From the NCBI GenBank assembly GCA_965644265.1, contig OZ286463.1, positions 17,112,001 through 17,176,000 of the forward strand: a stretch of DNA of 64,000 bases, read 5' to 3'. Shown here piece by piece: positions 40,447-52,852 of the stretch (positions are counted from its first letter, which is position 1; every line of letters starts with the position of its first letter). The translations under genes and the position numbers were made by a program. This DNA comes from Glycera tridactyla. Lineage: Eukaryota. Under the pieces are notes generated by a model. That model was not told the origin of the DNA, searched no databases, and saw nothing but the letters and a program-made list of their open reading frames with translations.

Positions 40447-40580
40447 ATCCCTATGTTAAGCTTTCTTTGATGCTTAATGGCAAGCGTATTAAGAAGAAGA
40501 AGACTACAATCAAGAAGTGCACACTGAATCCTTACTATAACGAGTCATTCTCGTTTGAGGTTCCGTTTGAACAGATCCAG
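40447..40580 (+). CDS. Syt1: Syt1 C2B alternative exon B: [45 protein letters not shown]
   Basis: Long polypyrimidine tract ending ctctcag|, CAG|GTACTG donor, 134 nt, phase 1-0, same length as exon A. Confidence 0.95.
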
Positions 40581-43489
40581 GTACTGTATTTTGGCGCTGC
40601 CCGCATGGCAGTGCAGAAGTTTGACCTTTCTTCACCTGATTGTGCACCAGTTTGCCTGTAGCTAGCACTAAGCAGCGATTGTTGTTGCCATTTAACAGTA
40701 GTTGTCGATATCCAGTAGATTTTTTTATGTCATACCCAGTTTTCTTCCCCTCCTGTCACAGCCTTTTATACCTATCCCCTTCCATTCAAATGTTGTTATC
40801 ATGACAGCAGCTTGTGGCACGGAGCTTCCGTATATTAGGAAAAATTCCCCCATCTCACCCAACATCCTCATGATATTCACATTTCTATCATATTTTTGCA
40901 TAACATTGGTCAAGGATGAATGAACTTCTACTAATCAGAAGTAAAATTAAGAAATCTAACAATTGATTTTTCCTTTTTTCCATCATTGAGTTTTATCCGT
41001 GTCGATACCAGCTCAATTGATATCATGTGAACATGAAATGATGACATTTGAAACAGAAAAGAGAGAAGCCTTCAAGTGAATCCCATGATTTTAAATTAAA
41101 TATATCATTGTAGAATTTGACTGAAGCTCTTTTTTTGTATCATCAGCGGTCACAATCCAGAGATCTAACAGCCAGATAAAAATGTTGATTGATGCATCGA
41201 AAATGCTTATGTAGATTGTGTGATGATGAAGTGGTGAGACTTGATATGGATATCAAGAATTCTGAATGAATTTAATAATTTCTCATTTGATATGCTAGAT
41301 TTTATATCCCTTACTTCTGTTACTGACTGATGAATAATCACATTTCATTTTTAATTTCGTAGTTCACTTTTAAATTAGTCATGTTTAGAAACTGAATCTT
41401 GCAGAGATTGATTAGTACCTTTGATACATATTCCTTTACTTTCTCTGCATTTAGTTATGCCTATTCTTTTCTAGAATATTCATATGGACACATCCATGCA
41501 CAGACAGATGCACACATATATCAACACATGTACACGAACACATGCATGTGCACAAACATGGACATTGCTCTATGAAACAGCAACTCCATGATATTAAGCC
41601 AATTCTTATTTTATGCTTCATAAGTGGTTTACTTAGATATTTGCTCAGTGCACACACAGTCTGTTGCTTGAATTTTTTCTTGCACTTTTCTTTGTTCATT
41701 TAAGTATATTGTATATTGTATTCTCACATGCGTACAACAAACAAGATTGCCGTGCCCTCTGTATCCCCTGGAAACATGGGCCATTTCTGGCTTTATTTCT
41801 GCAAGAATTAGCATGTGGTTTGCCAATTCGTGCCTCAAATGGTCCATACATGGCGGCTGGTTTACATGCCATTTATGGTTTGCCTGCAGTCTTCCTGAAG
41901 TGGGCCATTCGGCAAGCTGAAGCACCATCCACCGACTGCCTGTGAAAGCATTAACAATACATTTTCTCTTGCTGCAAAATTCCATGACTACACATGCACC
42001 AATGTCATCCATCTGGAACCAGAAAACGGAGCTGATTTAGGACTAGTGTTATTTATCAATTATAGAGGATAGTGTTCTGCATATATGCTAAACAAAAGTG
42101 AAAGATCACAGTGATCTACATCAACTTTCTATAAACCATCTACTTGAAGAGTTGGATTCTCACCAGCCTTTATCAGATTATATTTAATATATCGTCGAAG
42201 TGAACTTCTACCTATGAACTATACTAGAATAGTATCTGTAGGTATTTTTATTGGCTTTATTGTCATCTTTCAAGAAAGCCCTTTCTCACCACTGTGTCCT
42301 CTAATTCATGGACAAGCAGTTTGAGCATCAACAATATCGTATTATTACAAATGCATCTGCCATGCAATATCGGGAGATTACTAGTCGATCTTGATGAGTT
42401 TTTTCCATTTGTTGTCTTGGTTGCCGCTGTCCAGACCAATAATCTCATACTTCTTCTCTTCTTTCTTCATTCTATCTCCTGACCGTAATGATCTGGAACA
42501 GAAAATTTGTTAATGCATTCAGTACTGATTTTACCAATACCCTCAAAATTGGTCTGAAATAGATCTCATACATTTCTTAATTCAAATGATCTGGGCCTCT
42601 ACAAGAAAAGTATGTGACCAATGGTTATTGGGCTGAGTGTCATTGTGAGAAGGGTAGGATTTGCTCTTTATCAAAACGCACTTCTCACCTTTAGTCAACT
42701 TGCCAAAGCTGCCTTTGTATCAAGGGATAATGCAAAGCAGTCAGGAGATATTCATGTATTTTGTTCATTGTTGATTATGACCTTGACCCCTGAATTAAGA
42801 TAAAAGTCTATCTATTGTCTATAGATTAAAGATGGTCATGTAATTCTCTCGTTCACCTGCCTGACTCAGGATATTTCTGAGATCAAGTACAGTTAAATAG
42901 ATGCATGTATCTACCATCTTCGTACTGTATTGCCAAGATGCTCCAGGTGACACTCGTGTCAATGACGTTTTGAGAATTAATTTCTAATAATCAGAAAATA
43001 CCATTTTCCATGGAACAACCAAATTTATCCCCTCATTTTAAAATGTAGTTTGTACTAGTTTTATTAGTTTGTACAATCAGCAATCATCTTTGTCATTGTT
43101 GATAAATCTGTTGTCAGTTGCTGTTGTTTTCGCTGTGCTGATCTTGAAAACATTTGTTGAAATTCATCATTCAGTTAATTAATTACATGAGATCCATGGA
43201 GTCTATATAACTTTTCCATAGATTTAAATCATTCAAAGATATTTTTGAACATTCAACTCTTAATCCACTTTGATATCATTCCACAAATAAGACTATCATG
43301 AGTATGATAACGATGACGATAATGATAATTATGATAATACTGAATGATAGTATGTATATATTTTTACTTACTCATAATCATACTCTTCATTCTGATAATT
43401 TCACTCAAAATGGTCCTTGAGAGGATTTGAGTTCAATGAAGATCATTTTAGTAATTCTGCTCAAAATGGTCATGATAATGACACTATTA

Positions 43490-43949
43490 CAGTCTTCGGA
43501 TTTAGCCACTCTCACAATTCCCGGTGAGAGTGAATTTGGTTTCGGGAGAGTGAAAAGACCAACCTCACTCTCCCAATGGGAGAGTGTAAATTCTTTGGTT
43601 GATCGGAAACTTTTTGTGAAGACAGTAAAACACAGTCTGGACCCCTACAAAACCTATTCCCTGTAAGATGACTTTGAATATACCTGCACAAGTTTGATTC
43701 TGAAGAATGGACCTGAGCAAAGATTTGTTGGTTTTACTTCAACTAAGATAGTCAGTCACATGATGGATAAGTTATCATGATGACTCATTTGCTCACACAT
43801 ATATCTTGCTCTCAGAATAGCCTACTTTGAGCTTTTTTCTTGCACTTTTTGAACAACTTCTGGAGAGTGAAATCATTTTTGGGAGAGTGATTTTTCCAAT
43901 CTGCTCTCCCGATTGGGAGAGTGGCTGAAAAGGTTTTTTCTGGAGACTG
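43490..43949. mobile_element. 460-bp CAG-ended MITE with near-perfect 6-bp target duplication CTATTA/CTACTA
   Basis: TIR CAGTCTTCGGA / TCTGGAGACTG with subterminal ggagagtga repeats. Confidence 0.6.
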
Positions 43950-44263
43950 CTACTACTGCCATGTTTAGGAATGATTAATATTGATTTAAGGAACATTACG
44001 CACATTGTGTTATTTATCCTGTCGGTTGTCGGCAGGTGAATATTCAAGTGTCAATGATTGGTTCAAATCGAAAGCAACATATTAAAAGTCAGATTGCATA
44101 GAATTTTCAGTTTTCTTGGTAAATTCTCAAACATGGTTCAATGTTATCAGAGGAAATACCTTTCTTTTCAAGTATTTATTGATTTTTTTGAAAGAACTGG
44201 TTGAACCAGTTGCATTTAGATGTATTTCATTCTAATTTGTTTTCTTGATTTCTCCCTTTACAG

Positions 44264-44449
44264 AAAGTGACCGCCATCGTCACGGTGGTTGACTACGATC
44301 GTATCGGAACATCTGAACCCATCGGACGTGTTGTTTTGGGTTGTAACGCCACTGGAACTGAGTTGCGTCACTGGAGCGACATGTTAGCCAACCCCCGACG
44401 CCCTGTTGCCCAATGGCACACTCTACAAGAGATGCCCGAGAAGAACTAG
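44264..44449 (+). CDS. Syt1: Syt1 last coding exon: [61 protein letters not shown]
   Basis: ttctccctttacag| acceptor, DYDRIG loop, WHTL motif, TAG stop at 44447-44449. Confidence 0.98.
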   Translation, partial: KVTAIVTVVDYDRIGTSEPIGRVVLGCNATGTELRHWSDMLANPRRPVAQWHTLQEMPEKN

Positions 44450-46865
44450 ATCTGACCACCAGCTGGCGCTTTATCCACCAACATGCATGATGCTATGTGT
44501 GGAGGTGTGGCTACCGCCAACCCAAGGGTACAACACCACTTGCTACATCAGTAATAGTCATTTTCAAGTCGCTTTGGTCTTCATACATCACCTGTTTCCG
44601 TGCAGATCACTCTCGAAAAACTGGGCGTTATCGATATAGTTGTATGGTGTATTCTACGTCAACTAGAGATGAGACAATCGAAGTGAAACATTCATATATT
44701 TCTGTCTTTATCACGCCCACATGTGATCTGATGTTACTAAATATAGTCAATCGGTAGTGGAATCAACTACCGTGGAAATATGGGAATGTATGGTTGCCAT
44801 TGCTGCGGGACTATGACTAATATATATGACTATGAACATGGAGAAAAAAGGACCAGATCCAACACCTTTTGTTGTGCTCGTATCCCCCCGTCAGTCGGAC
44901 TCACCAGTGTTGGCAACTGACCGTCATATTCCAATACATGGCCATTGTAAGTGTTTGGATTCAAAGCAAGTGGCACACTATATATATATACACCTATACA
45001 TATACATATATAATTATATGTTTGTTCCGTCATATATATATACGTTATACCCTTCAATTAACCTCATACATGTGATAATTGATAGAAAATGATCAACCAT
45101 CCATGGATTGTAGTAAACCCCCGACGGTTGGCAGGTCCCACGAAACCCGTTTTTATCATAATCATGCCTCTTAACGTGAAATGATCGAGATGAAATTTCA
45201 CCAGGATCCACACATTGTGCTCACTGTGTTACTTTACATAGTCACCACCGATTTTACGAATTATGTTAGTTGGTATGGGAGACAGATGGCGTTCTCATGA
45301 TGAAATTGGGTACTGGCAGCAGGTGAACTGTTATATAAATATATATGTTAATATAAGCACAGGGGGCGGGGCATATCATGCATAATATATACATATGTAT
45401 GTATGTATATATGGTAGTTGAATGAGGGATACCTGCAGTGCCCTTCTTGCATATATTGTGATCATGCTTTGAAAGATAAATTCTGCAGAGCCACGAGCAT
45501 GTCTATTTCATGCATTGTGCGTTCTCGCTGTTGGCGTTGTAAGCTTGAAAGCATGCATAGGTATATTAGGGAAGGTCTCAAATGCTAGCATTTCCGTCAC
45601 CCCCGGGCTGATTCTCGAGTGCACTGGTCATTTCGCCACCCTTATTTTTTGCATTGATCCATTTGTTGCCATGCTTTGCAATGATGAATATGCCTCATTC
45701 ATCTTAAAATCAGGCCGATAGCTCACTTGACTAAGCCAGCGACAGTCAAATAAAACACATATATCCTTGAGAGTTGCCATGAAAAGTAAATAAGTGGCCT
45801 ATATATAGATGAATGGTTCGATCGGTGATCGATATACTGTATTCATCCACGTACCACGTGCCTGTGATGTTGAAGATACTGCAAAACAGGAAACGGTAGA
45901 TAGGTGGGAAGTACGAGTATATTTCCGGAGGCATGTGCCGAGAAATGGCGGTGTAGTTGGGATCGGAGTGTGGTGGTGGCCGTCATGCTAGCTTTTCACT
46001 GTGGTGTATCGTATTGTTGCTCACCGGGGGAATTATTAGACTGTGACGAGATTGTATGTGTATGACTAGAGTGTAGACCCATCAGTAGGGATATAGACCT
46101 AAGGAGAGAAATGTGCACCCACATTCTGAGAGTCTTGAATCTCATCTATTTAAAAATAATGATACATGAAGACGAAAAAAATGAGCAAGTTTCTGATGAA
46201 TTGAAATAATAAATCGTAGTGACATTCATCTCTTCTTGAGTTGTTAGACATCCGTGAATTGAAATGAAGAATGTACATAGTGCGTGATGTGCCAGTGAGA
46301 AAATACTGTACTGCACGTAGTCTGCTATGTTTGGATATGAATGACGAAGATTCGTTGATAATTCGCCGGGTGGTTTGTTCAAATCTCACAATGACGAATC
46401 AATGAACTTTATCATCCATCTCCAGCTTGCTGAAAATGGCTGCATTCGAATCAGTTTCGTTACACTTCCTTAGAATGCTGTCGAATAACCTCGTATGAAA
46501 TTTCTTGATTGCTGATGCAGATACCATATTTCAGTGATAGTTGCATATCAAAGACTAGCTCTTTCAACCGGGCGATACATTGTTATTGAATGAATATCGT
46601 TGGCTGTAAGGTCAGTACTGAAATGTCTAATGGAGAACAACACTTTTGATTCTTCACATTAGTCTTTATTCTGCCAGTAATGTTTCTGCACCTGTGACTA
46701 CAACAATAGACCAGTAAGATTGTACTATATCCAAAGGGAGGGACCACATTGCCGAAAACCGATTACGTCGTATACACTATTGTTACTGACTAATATACTC
46801 AATGTATATTTGAACTTTGCTCGTTTTAGTTTTACTAGTCTCTAAGAGAAGTTTGTGCTAATAAA
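44450..46865 (+). other. Syt1: Probable long Syt1 3' UTR with candidate AATAAA signals at 45749, 46208 and 46860
   Basis: No convincing ORF or obvious transposon. Contains AT/TA-rich tracts and three AATAAA hexamers. The real 3' end cannot be fixed from sequence alone. Confidence 0.45.
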
Positions 46866-48281
46866 TGTTGAAGTGCAGACAGGATCTAAAGACTGGTAAA
46901 GGGTATCAAGGGCGAAGTTCGAAGGACGTTGAGTATTGTGGTCAGTTCGCAATAGCCAAGGCCCATGCATGCGCCTCTCTATGTCTTTATCGGATATATT
47001 TATCTTGATTGAACGTGATACCAGCTTTATGGACAGCTTTTAGTCTGAAACACATTCCTTTGTCTTCTCTTGCATTCCATTATAACAGTGTATATTTCAT
47101 TTTCTGATTGAAGAAAAAAATAATGCATTTATAGTTTTGACAATATTTACACTATTTTTGCAAAACATTTGATAGATTGTTTATAGAAATATTTTCTTCC
47201 AAAAACCAGAAACTAGTTCACTATTTTCTAGAAATCATGACGGAAACATTTCAAAGTCTTATTATTTTTTTTCTTCACTTTAAGCTTCAGCTCTTTGTTC
47301 CATGGTTTTCAAGCTTCATGGTTACCAGTATATATAGATCCCATTGAATATCTTGCTAACCCCCTCCCAAGCATTTTCGAAACAATTTTCTTCTTTTCAC
47401 ACTCCTCTTACCATAGGTTTCCCACGATATAGTAAAATTACTTTCAATTTTGTACACTTGAAAAATTTGTGTATTATTACCAGTTTTTCTTTCCTTCCGG
47501 TGTGTATCACGAACTTCATGGAGATTGTTGGTGTATTTGAGGGTGATTTGGCTCAGGGTATCACACGCTGTAGACATCAATCAACCAACCACTGAAGGTT
47601 AATCAGCAGGCCTGGTATCACGCTCAGACCAATTGTGTTCTATATATGAGTATTGTATTGAATGTATTTTGACCCATATCCTGCGGAAACCTCATTCTGG
47701 ATATTCAAATTTCGCGACATCTCTCGACGGGAATTTCAGGAGTCAAGTGCAGTATTTCATCGATATTTGCCATACAGTACTATTTCTTTATTTGCATGTG
47801 GCCAGAAATATAAATTTGCTGCATCGTCTACATTTCTGCCCCTTTGTTTTCTGGTTACATCAGCATTGACTCATGCAGGATATGAGCTGAAATCTCACCT
47901 ATTGTTGCGTGTGGTGTGTGCAATCTGTAAATAGACAATCCATAAAAAGTTTTCAGGAAAATCGCGGTGTTTGGCATTATCATGTGAATCTCAGCTGGAT
48001 TACAGCGGTGTGTTTCACCTCTCCACTCCCAACTAGAGAGTGGCTCCACAAACTGAATGCATTGTATCATGATGTCAAATAGGATTAGCTAGTATGAATG
48101 TACTCGAAACTCTGTAGAAGACTTACCTTTGTTTTCCTTGGTCATTGCTTCAGTAACTTGTAGCCCTTCACCTTTATCCAATTCTGAATGTTGAAGTGCG
48201 CCGCTCACTATCGCGTAACATGCAATGCCAGTATTCACCCTGTACCCAGATAGTATATCAGACGTAATTGCAACTTAGGGT

Positions 48282-48589
48282 TTTAAAAAATCTCTGACTA
48301 GTACTGGTTTTCGATAGCCTCGCCATTCATGCATGCTGATTGGTCGATCAGGATGTCTCTTGAATGGTGATTGGTTGAAGTCAGACGCTTGACTTCCTAG
48401 CCATACCATCCACTCTTGCTATTGGCTAAACGAGACTCTATTGACATAGGGACAGCACCAATAGGGTTAGTGATGGCAGTCACATGACCCTCCATGGACT
48501 TGCCCACCTGACTGCAGTAGGGCACTGATAGAGTGGGACCTCACCAATACTGGCCTTAGCAAATCACCAGTTTTCTTTAACCCTTTGAA
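48282..48589. promoter_or_regulatory. TATA-less promoter with five CCAAT boxes
   Basis: - strand: GACCAATCAG (core 48339-48343), AACCAATCAC (48370-48374), AGCCAATAG (48421-48425). + strand: CCAAT at 48458 and 48544. Also GTCACATGAC at 48479-48488, and TTTAAA (48282) and TTTGAA (48584) on either flank. Confidence 0.7.
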
Positions 48590-50794
48590 AGTGGTTTAGA
48601 CTAATAGTGCTTTAGGGTGACACTTTTCAATTTTGTTGTCATGACAGCTATATTTCTAGATCTGAATTTCATCCCGGATAGACGTGCTCAAATTTCACCC
48701 ACGGGGACAACTTGTATCAGTGTAACAAGGCATGAATTTCTTCTGTGTGCACAGATATGTTTCCTGCTCTTTGTAGTTGCTTGTAGCCGCACGGCTTTAC
48801 AAGATGGTAGATCCAAGTATTCGTCACGGTACGAATACAAATTCTTTCCTAGCTTTCTCTTTCTTCAACAGTGTTGTTGTTGACCGCACTTGGATAGGTG
48901 GTATCTCCTCAACCAGATATAATTTGCCAAAAAAATAAACTCATAGTTGTAAAAGATCACATATGCTCAAAAACATGAATATTGTGGGATAAATTAGATT
49001 CTCTACCCAGTTCTTAGCTGCAGTCTTTACCTGTGCAAAAAAATCTTTTGCCTTTGCTTTTAGTGACCGCACCCGGTTTGTTGACCACTAGGAAACTCTT
49101 TTCAGAATCTCTGAATCTGAGCCTTGTTCTATATAGCATGTTATTGTTTTAAATATGTGAGATAGATTTATCATCGTGATAGATTCTGTGATTTGTTGTT
49201 ATAACACTGTGGCCTGGTTGCCACTTTTGACAGTCTACGTAACCTGCAGATTATATCTTATCAGTTTTCAACAAACGTTCGCAAAGAACTTCGTTTCGAA
49301 ATTGCCGCATTTGATGTATAATAGAATTTGATATTCATTGAAATATCATTAGATATCTAATCAGTGATGATTTGGAGCTTTTTCATGATCGTAATATCTC
49401 TTTGCATCAGAATTTCATTTTCCAGAATGAAGTTATGTATAGAATGGCAAATTCTACTACGATGAACGTGTGTTGAATACAGTATATTCATCCTGTTAGT
49501 TCTGTATTATAGGGAAATTGTTCTGTTTTTGAGGCTGCGAGGGGTATGGTGTCCATTTCTGGTATTGGCAAATGCCAGATTTCATGGTGTAATTGTAAAG
49601 TTTGCTTGACCATATCAGCACACACGAATACGCGAATCGCTGATCGGGTCAAGTTGGCTTATGGTTAGATTTGTTGAGTAAACGTTGGTGGGTACAGGGT
49701 GACTGCTGGTGTTGATATCCGCCCTATTGCAGCTCATGTGTGGCTTTGTCTTACATCGGGCACCTACAAAAAAACAAACAAAGATGGCTGCCCCACTGGT
49801 TGCCATGGTGACGGCGTTAGTAGGACAAGTAGAGTTCACATCAAGGTCACAATCCACTGGTCCCTCCTACTGGTGTTGTTGGTCCGAATCATTGCTGTAC
49901 AATGCATCAAATTCAAGAACGAATGATGGCATGAGCACGATATGGCGCAGAACCATATAGATAGGTTTTCACTGATTTACAGTACAGTTTGTACTGCTGT
50001 TGAAATTTCTTGTTTTGTATGGCCATGATTGTCCATGTCAATAAAGTTTCGTTCTAGTCAGAAGCAAGAATTATGAGTTGTGTTGTTCATTTTTACTTCA
50101 TTCCATGTTCAGGGTTTGTGATGTCTGCAGGGTAGAGAACATCTAGCTTCCATTGTCCAGTCGCATACATAATCCTCGGGGTTAATAAATTCTGTTAAAT
50201 GTCAATCAATCAAGCATTACACCAGATCCATGCTTTTTATCCCATTCATGCAAATCTTAATCAGGTAGTTTTTTTTATCAGTCAATCCATCTGGGCAATT
50301 CATGCTCACTGCAGCATCCAAGTAATATTAAGACTGATAAGTTGCAATACCCTCTCTCCAGAACTTTTTTGTAGCCATGATCCCAAAATGTTCCCCAAGG
50401 GGGGGGGGGGGGGGCATTTCACACATGCTGATGAGCGCAGGCACCTTTTTGAGACAATTAGGGGCCATGATGCCTTCTTAATCAGCAAGTGGGTCGCACT
50501 AACTCCATGTGTGGAAATCCTGGATGCAGCCCATCCTATCTGTGTCATTTCTGTTATATCTGACTGTGTAATGTCTAGTTCTCTTGACAGTGATGCAACT
50601 CAATTGATTAGTGGGTTGGTTGATTTCTCGTTGAACATTTGGTAGGTAGCATCTTGGTTATCAGGATTGGCATGCATCAACACTACAGATTGTATATGCA
50701 CAGTACTAGTGATCATGGAAGCAGCATACTCTGTCCTGTGAAGGCATCACTCTCACAAACCCTGATCGCATGATGGGAACCAGATAATAATTTT

Positions 50795-51059
50795 GGGTTT
50801 GGTTGAGGTTTGATGGCATGTATCGAACTAGAGGATATGCCGCATGCTCCTGGCCAATGGAAGCTAGATGTTCTCTTCTGCAGCCATCATTCTTACAAAC
50901 CCTGAAGACATGATGGTTGGGAATCTGAAGGGTTGTCAAGTGGGAGTAGCTAACAGTTCAGGCACACCTCTACCTAACATGAACATTGTGAACCTTAACA
51001 TGGCATATCTAACTATGTGTTTGGCAGGAGGCTGACACTCCAGCCTGAAAGCAATGCTT
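50795..51059 (-). mobile_element. Copy of the same SINE-like family (fragments also at about 50108-50185 and 50710-50780)
   Basis: Shares acaaaccctgaa..catgat..gggaa.ctgaa.ggttgtcaagtgg.agtagct.acagttcag.cacacctctacct with the other copies. Confidence 0.7.
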
Positions 51060-52151
51060 TTATTTTAAGCTAGACAATGCAAGAAAAAGTATTAAAGAAC
51101 TGTCAACTTCAAACCATCACACTTCCTAGCTGACCTAGCCACAACAAATACCTGAGACCATTTCTCTGAAGAGATAGAGCTTATAGAACAGATGTGCAGA
51201 AAAAAAAGACCTATTGATAGTGGAAATTTTATAGAAGATGCCTGAAGGCAGGGGATCGAGAACATTGAAAATATGTTTCCATTTAACCCTCCACTCCAAA
51301 AGGAATTGAGAAGAGAAGTGATGATTCTACACCTAGTTCACAGGAAGAGTGAATGAGAAATGTGAGATACATGAACAAAGTCCCTTCTTGCATCGCCCCA
51401 GAATCAAAAGGTGTCTTGCCAGACCTAAACTGTGCAAAATGTTTGAGATGGAGTAAAGTTAATGTCAGGAAATAGTTTCACCTTTTTGCACGCATGGTGG
51501 CTGCCCCCAAATCAATAGGTTTCTTGCCAGATCTTGCAGATTCTTTGCATCAAGGATAAAACTTATCAGTCATTGTCTGGAAACGGTTTTGACATTTTTG
51601 CAAGCAGTAACTTTCAGATTCAAAGATGGCTACCCCAAATCAAAACCTGAGGATTTCAATTAGATGACCCTTAGTCTTCATTTAAGTTGTTTGGAAGATA
51701 AACAGTACCCATCCATCTGAATCAGGGTTGAGTTGAAAACAATGTCCTTTGATGATTACACCATGATGTATGAGCTGATGGGAACTATAAACAGCTTGTA
51801 TCAACCATTGGTTGACACGAGTCAGTATCAACCACTTGCTCTGTGCCGCGAGCCGGACTACTCCTGTGAATGGGACTCAAGTCATGACGTCACAGGTCAA
51901 CTGGCAGCACCGCGGGTTCGATAGATGACAGCGTTCATTCACAAAGTCACAGTCCCTGGCTAATGGCTGGCACCAATACAGCTAGGGGTCTACGAAACTT
52001 CTGTCGGGAGTACTGAACCTCATTTTCCATCCCAAGACATCAACTGTCATGAACTACATCATCCTGTTTGTGGTATCCAAGTGATCATGAGATGAATCCA
52101 ATTAGTATTTAGAATTAGAATTTTTAACCGACCAACATTCATCCTAATCCT

Positions 52152-52303
52152 CAGGGTAAGAAGACATCATGAAAATCCACCTGCCCCCTGGAAAATCCAC
52201 CTGCCCTGCCTATATGAGCAAGTCATTTATGATTATTTTCTACCTGCCCACCAGGAAAATCCACCTGCCCCGGGCAGGTGGGCAGCTATCTCTTCTCGCC
52301 CTG
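52152..52303. mobile_element. 152-bp CAGGG-ended MITE with 6-bp target duplication AATCCT
   Basis: TIR CAGGGTAAGAAGA / TCTTCTCGCCCTG, internal aaaatccacctgccc repeats (also seen near 1400), AATCCT on both flanks. Confidence 0.7.
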
Positions 52304-52852
52304 AATCCTGACAGAAACAATGGAGATAAACTTTCTACCATCAAATAGTTAAACAACTCGTGACTTGCCAAGTTCATCAGAGGAATGATGTTTGCATCAT
52401 TCATCGGCCTACATAACCAGTGTATTCAGAAGCAAAAAGAATCAACAGTGAAATAAAAGAGATAGAAACCAGCAAGTATATTAAATATACATTATTTATT
52501 CAGGTAATAAGCATTTATGATCACAAAACATAATGTTACAAAATGGACATGTTCATACACGGGACAGTATGCTGACCATCCCAAATATGCAACATGAATA
52601 TTCCTCAAAAACTCTCTCCTTTTGCAAATACTGGGAGAACTTCAGCTGCCACTTGACAAAGATGTATCGATGATGTCAAAGTATTGAAGGAATTGGATAT
52701 AGGGAAAGCCACTTGGATAGAGATTGAAAATCACATATGACATCATTTGTATCAATTAGGATGTCCCCTGCTTGAAAAAATTATGTATTGTAATTCCACA
52801 TCCATCAAATTTTCATATCAGGCCTGACCCAAAATAATATGGTTGGTCGGTT

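Larger units (their letters stand above)
42240..48270 (-). ncRNA. Predicted spliced antisense transcript overlapping the Syt1 last exon and 3' UTR
   Basis: Candidate exons: about 48270-48127 (AAG|GTAAGT), 47924-47899, possibly 45878-45727, 42789-42689, 42598-42572, and 42492 to about 42240 with two AATAAA (42256-42261, 42247-42252). No long spliced ORF. Prediction from splice signals only. Confidence 0.5.

Noticed and set aside
42689-42789. Selenoprotein-style read-through of two in-frame TGA codons in the antisense exon
   Set aside because: No SECIS recognised and the peptide resembles no selenoprotein family I know.
45746-45934. IFNITGTWYV as a lipocalin- or streptavidin-like motif
   Set aside because: The similarity is only 6-7 residues. 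The frame stops before the candidate donor and no further family motifs follow.
49755-49763. 9-nt microexon (tttttttgtag|GTGCCCGAT|gtaaga) on the - strand
   Set aside because: No host coding gene to place it in, since it lies beyond the Nup205 stop and poly(A) candidates. The T-run is probably simple sequence.
51905-51970. tRNA-like GGTTCGA T-loop motifs (also at 7013 and about 63980)
   Set aside because: No cloverleaf and no correctly placed A box. The other two lie in a splice-donor flank and in the YR ORF.
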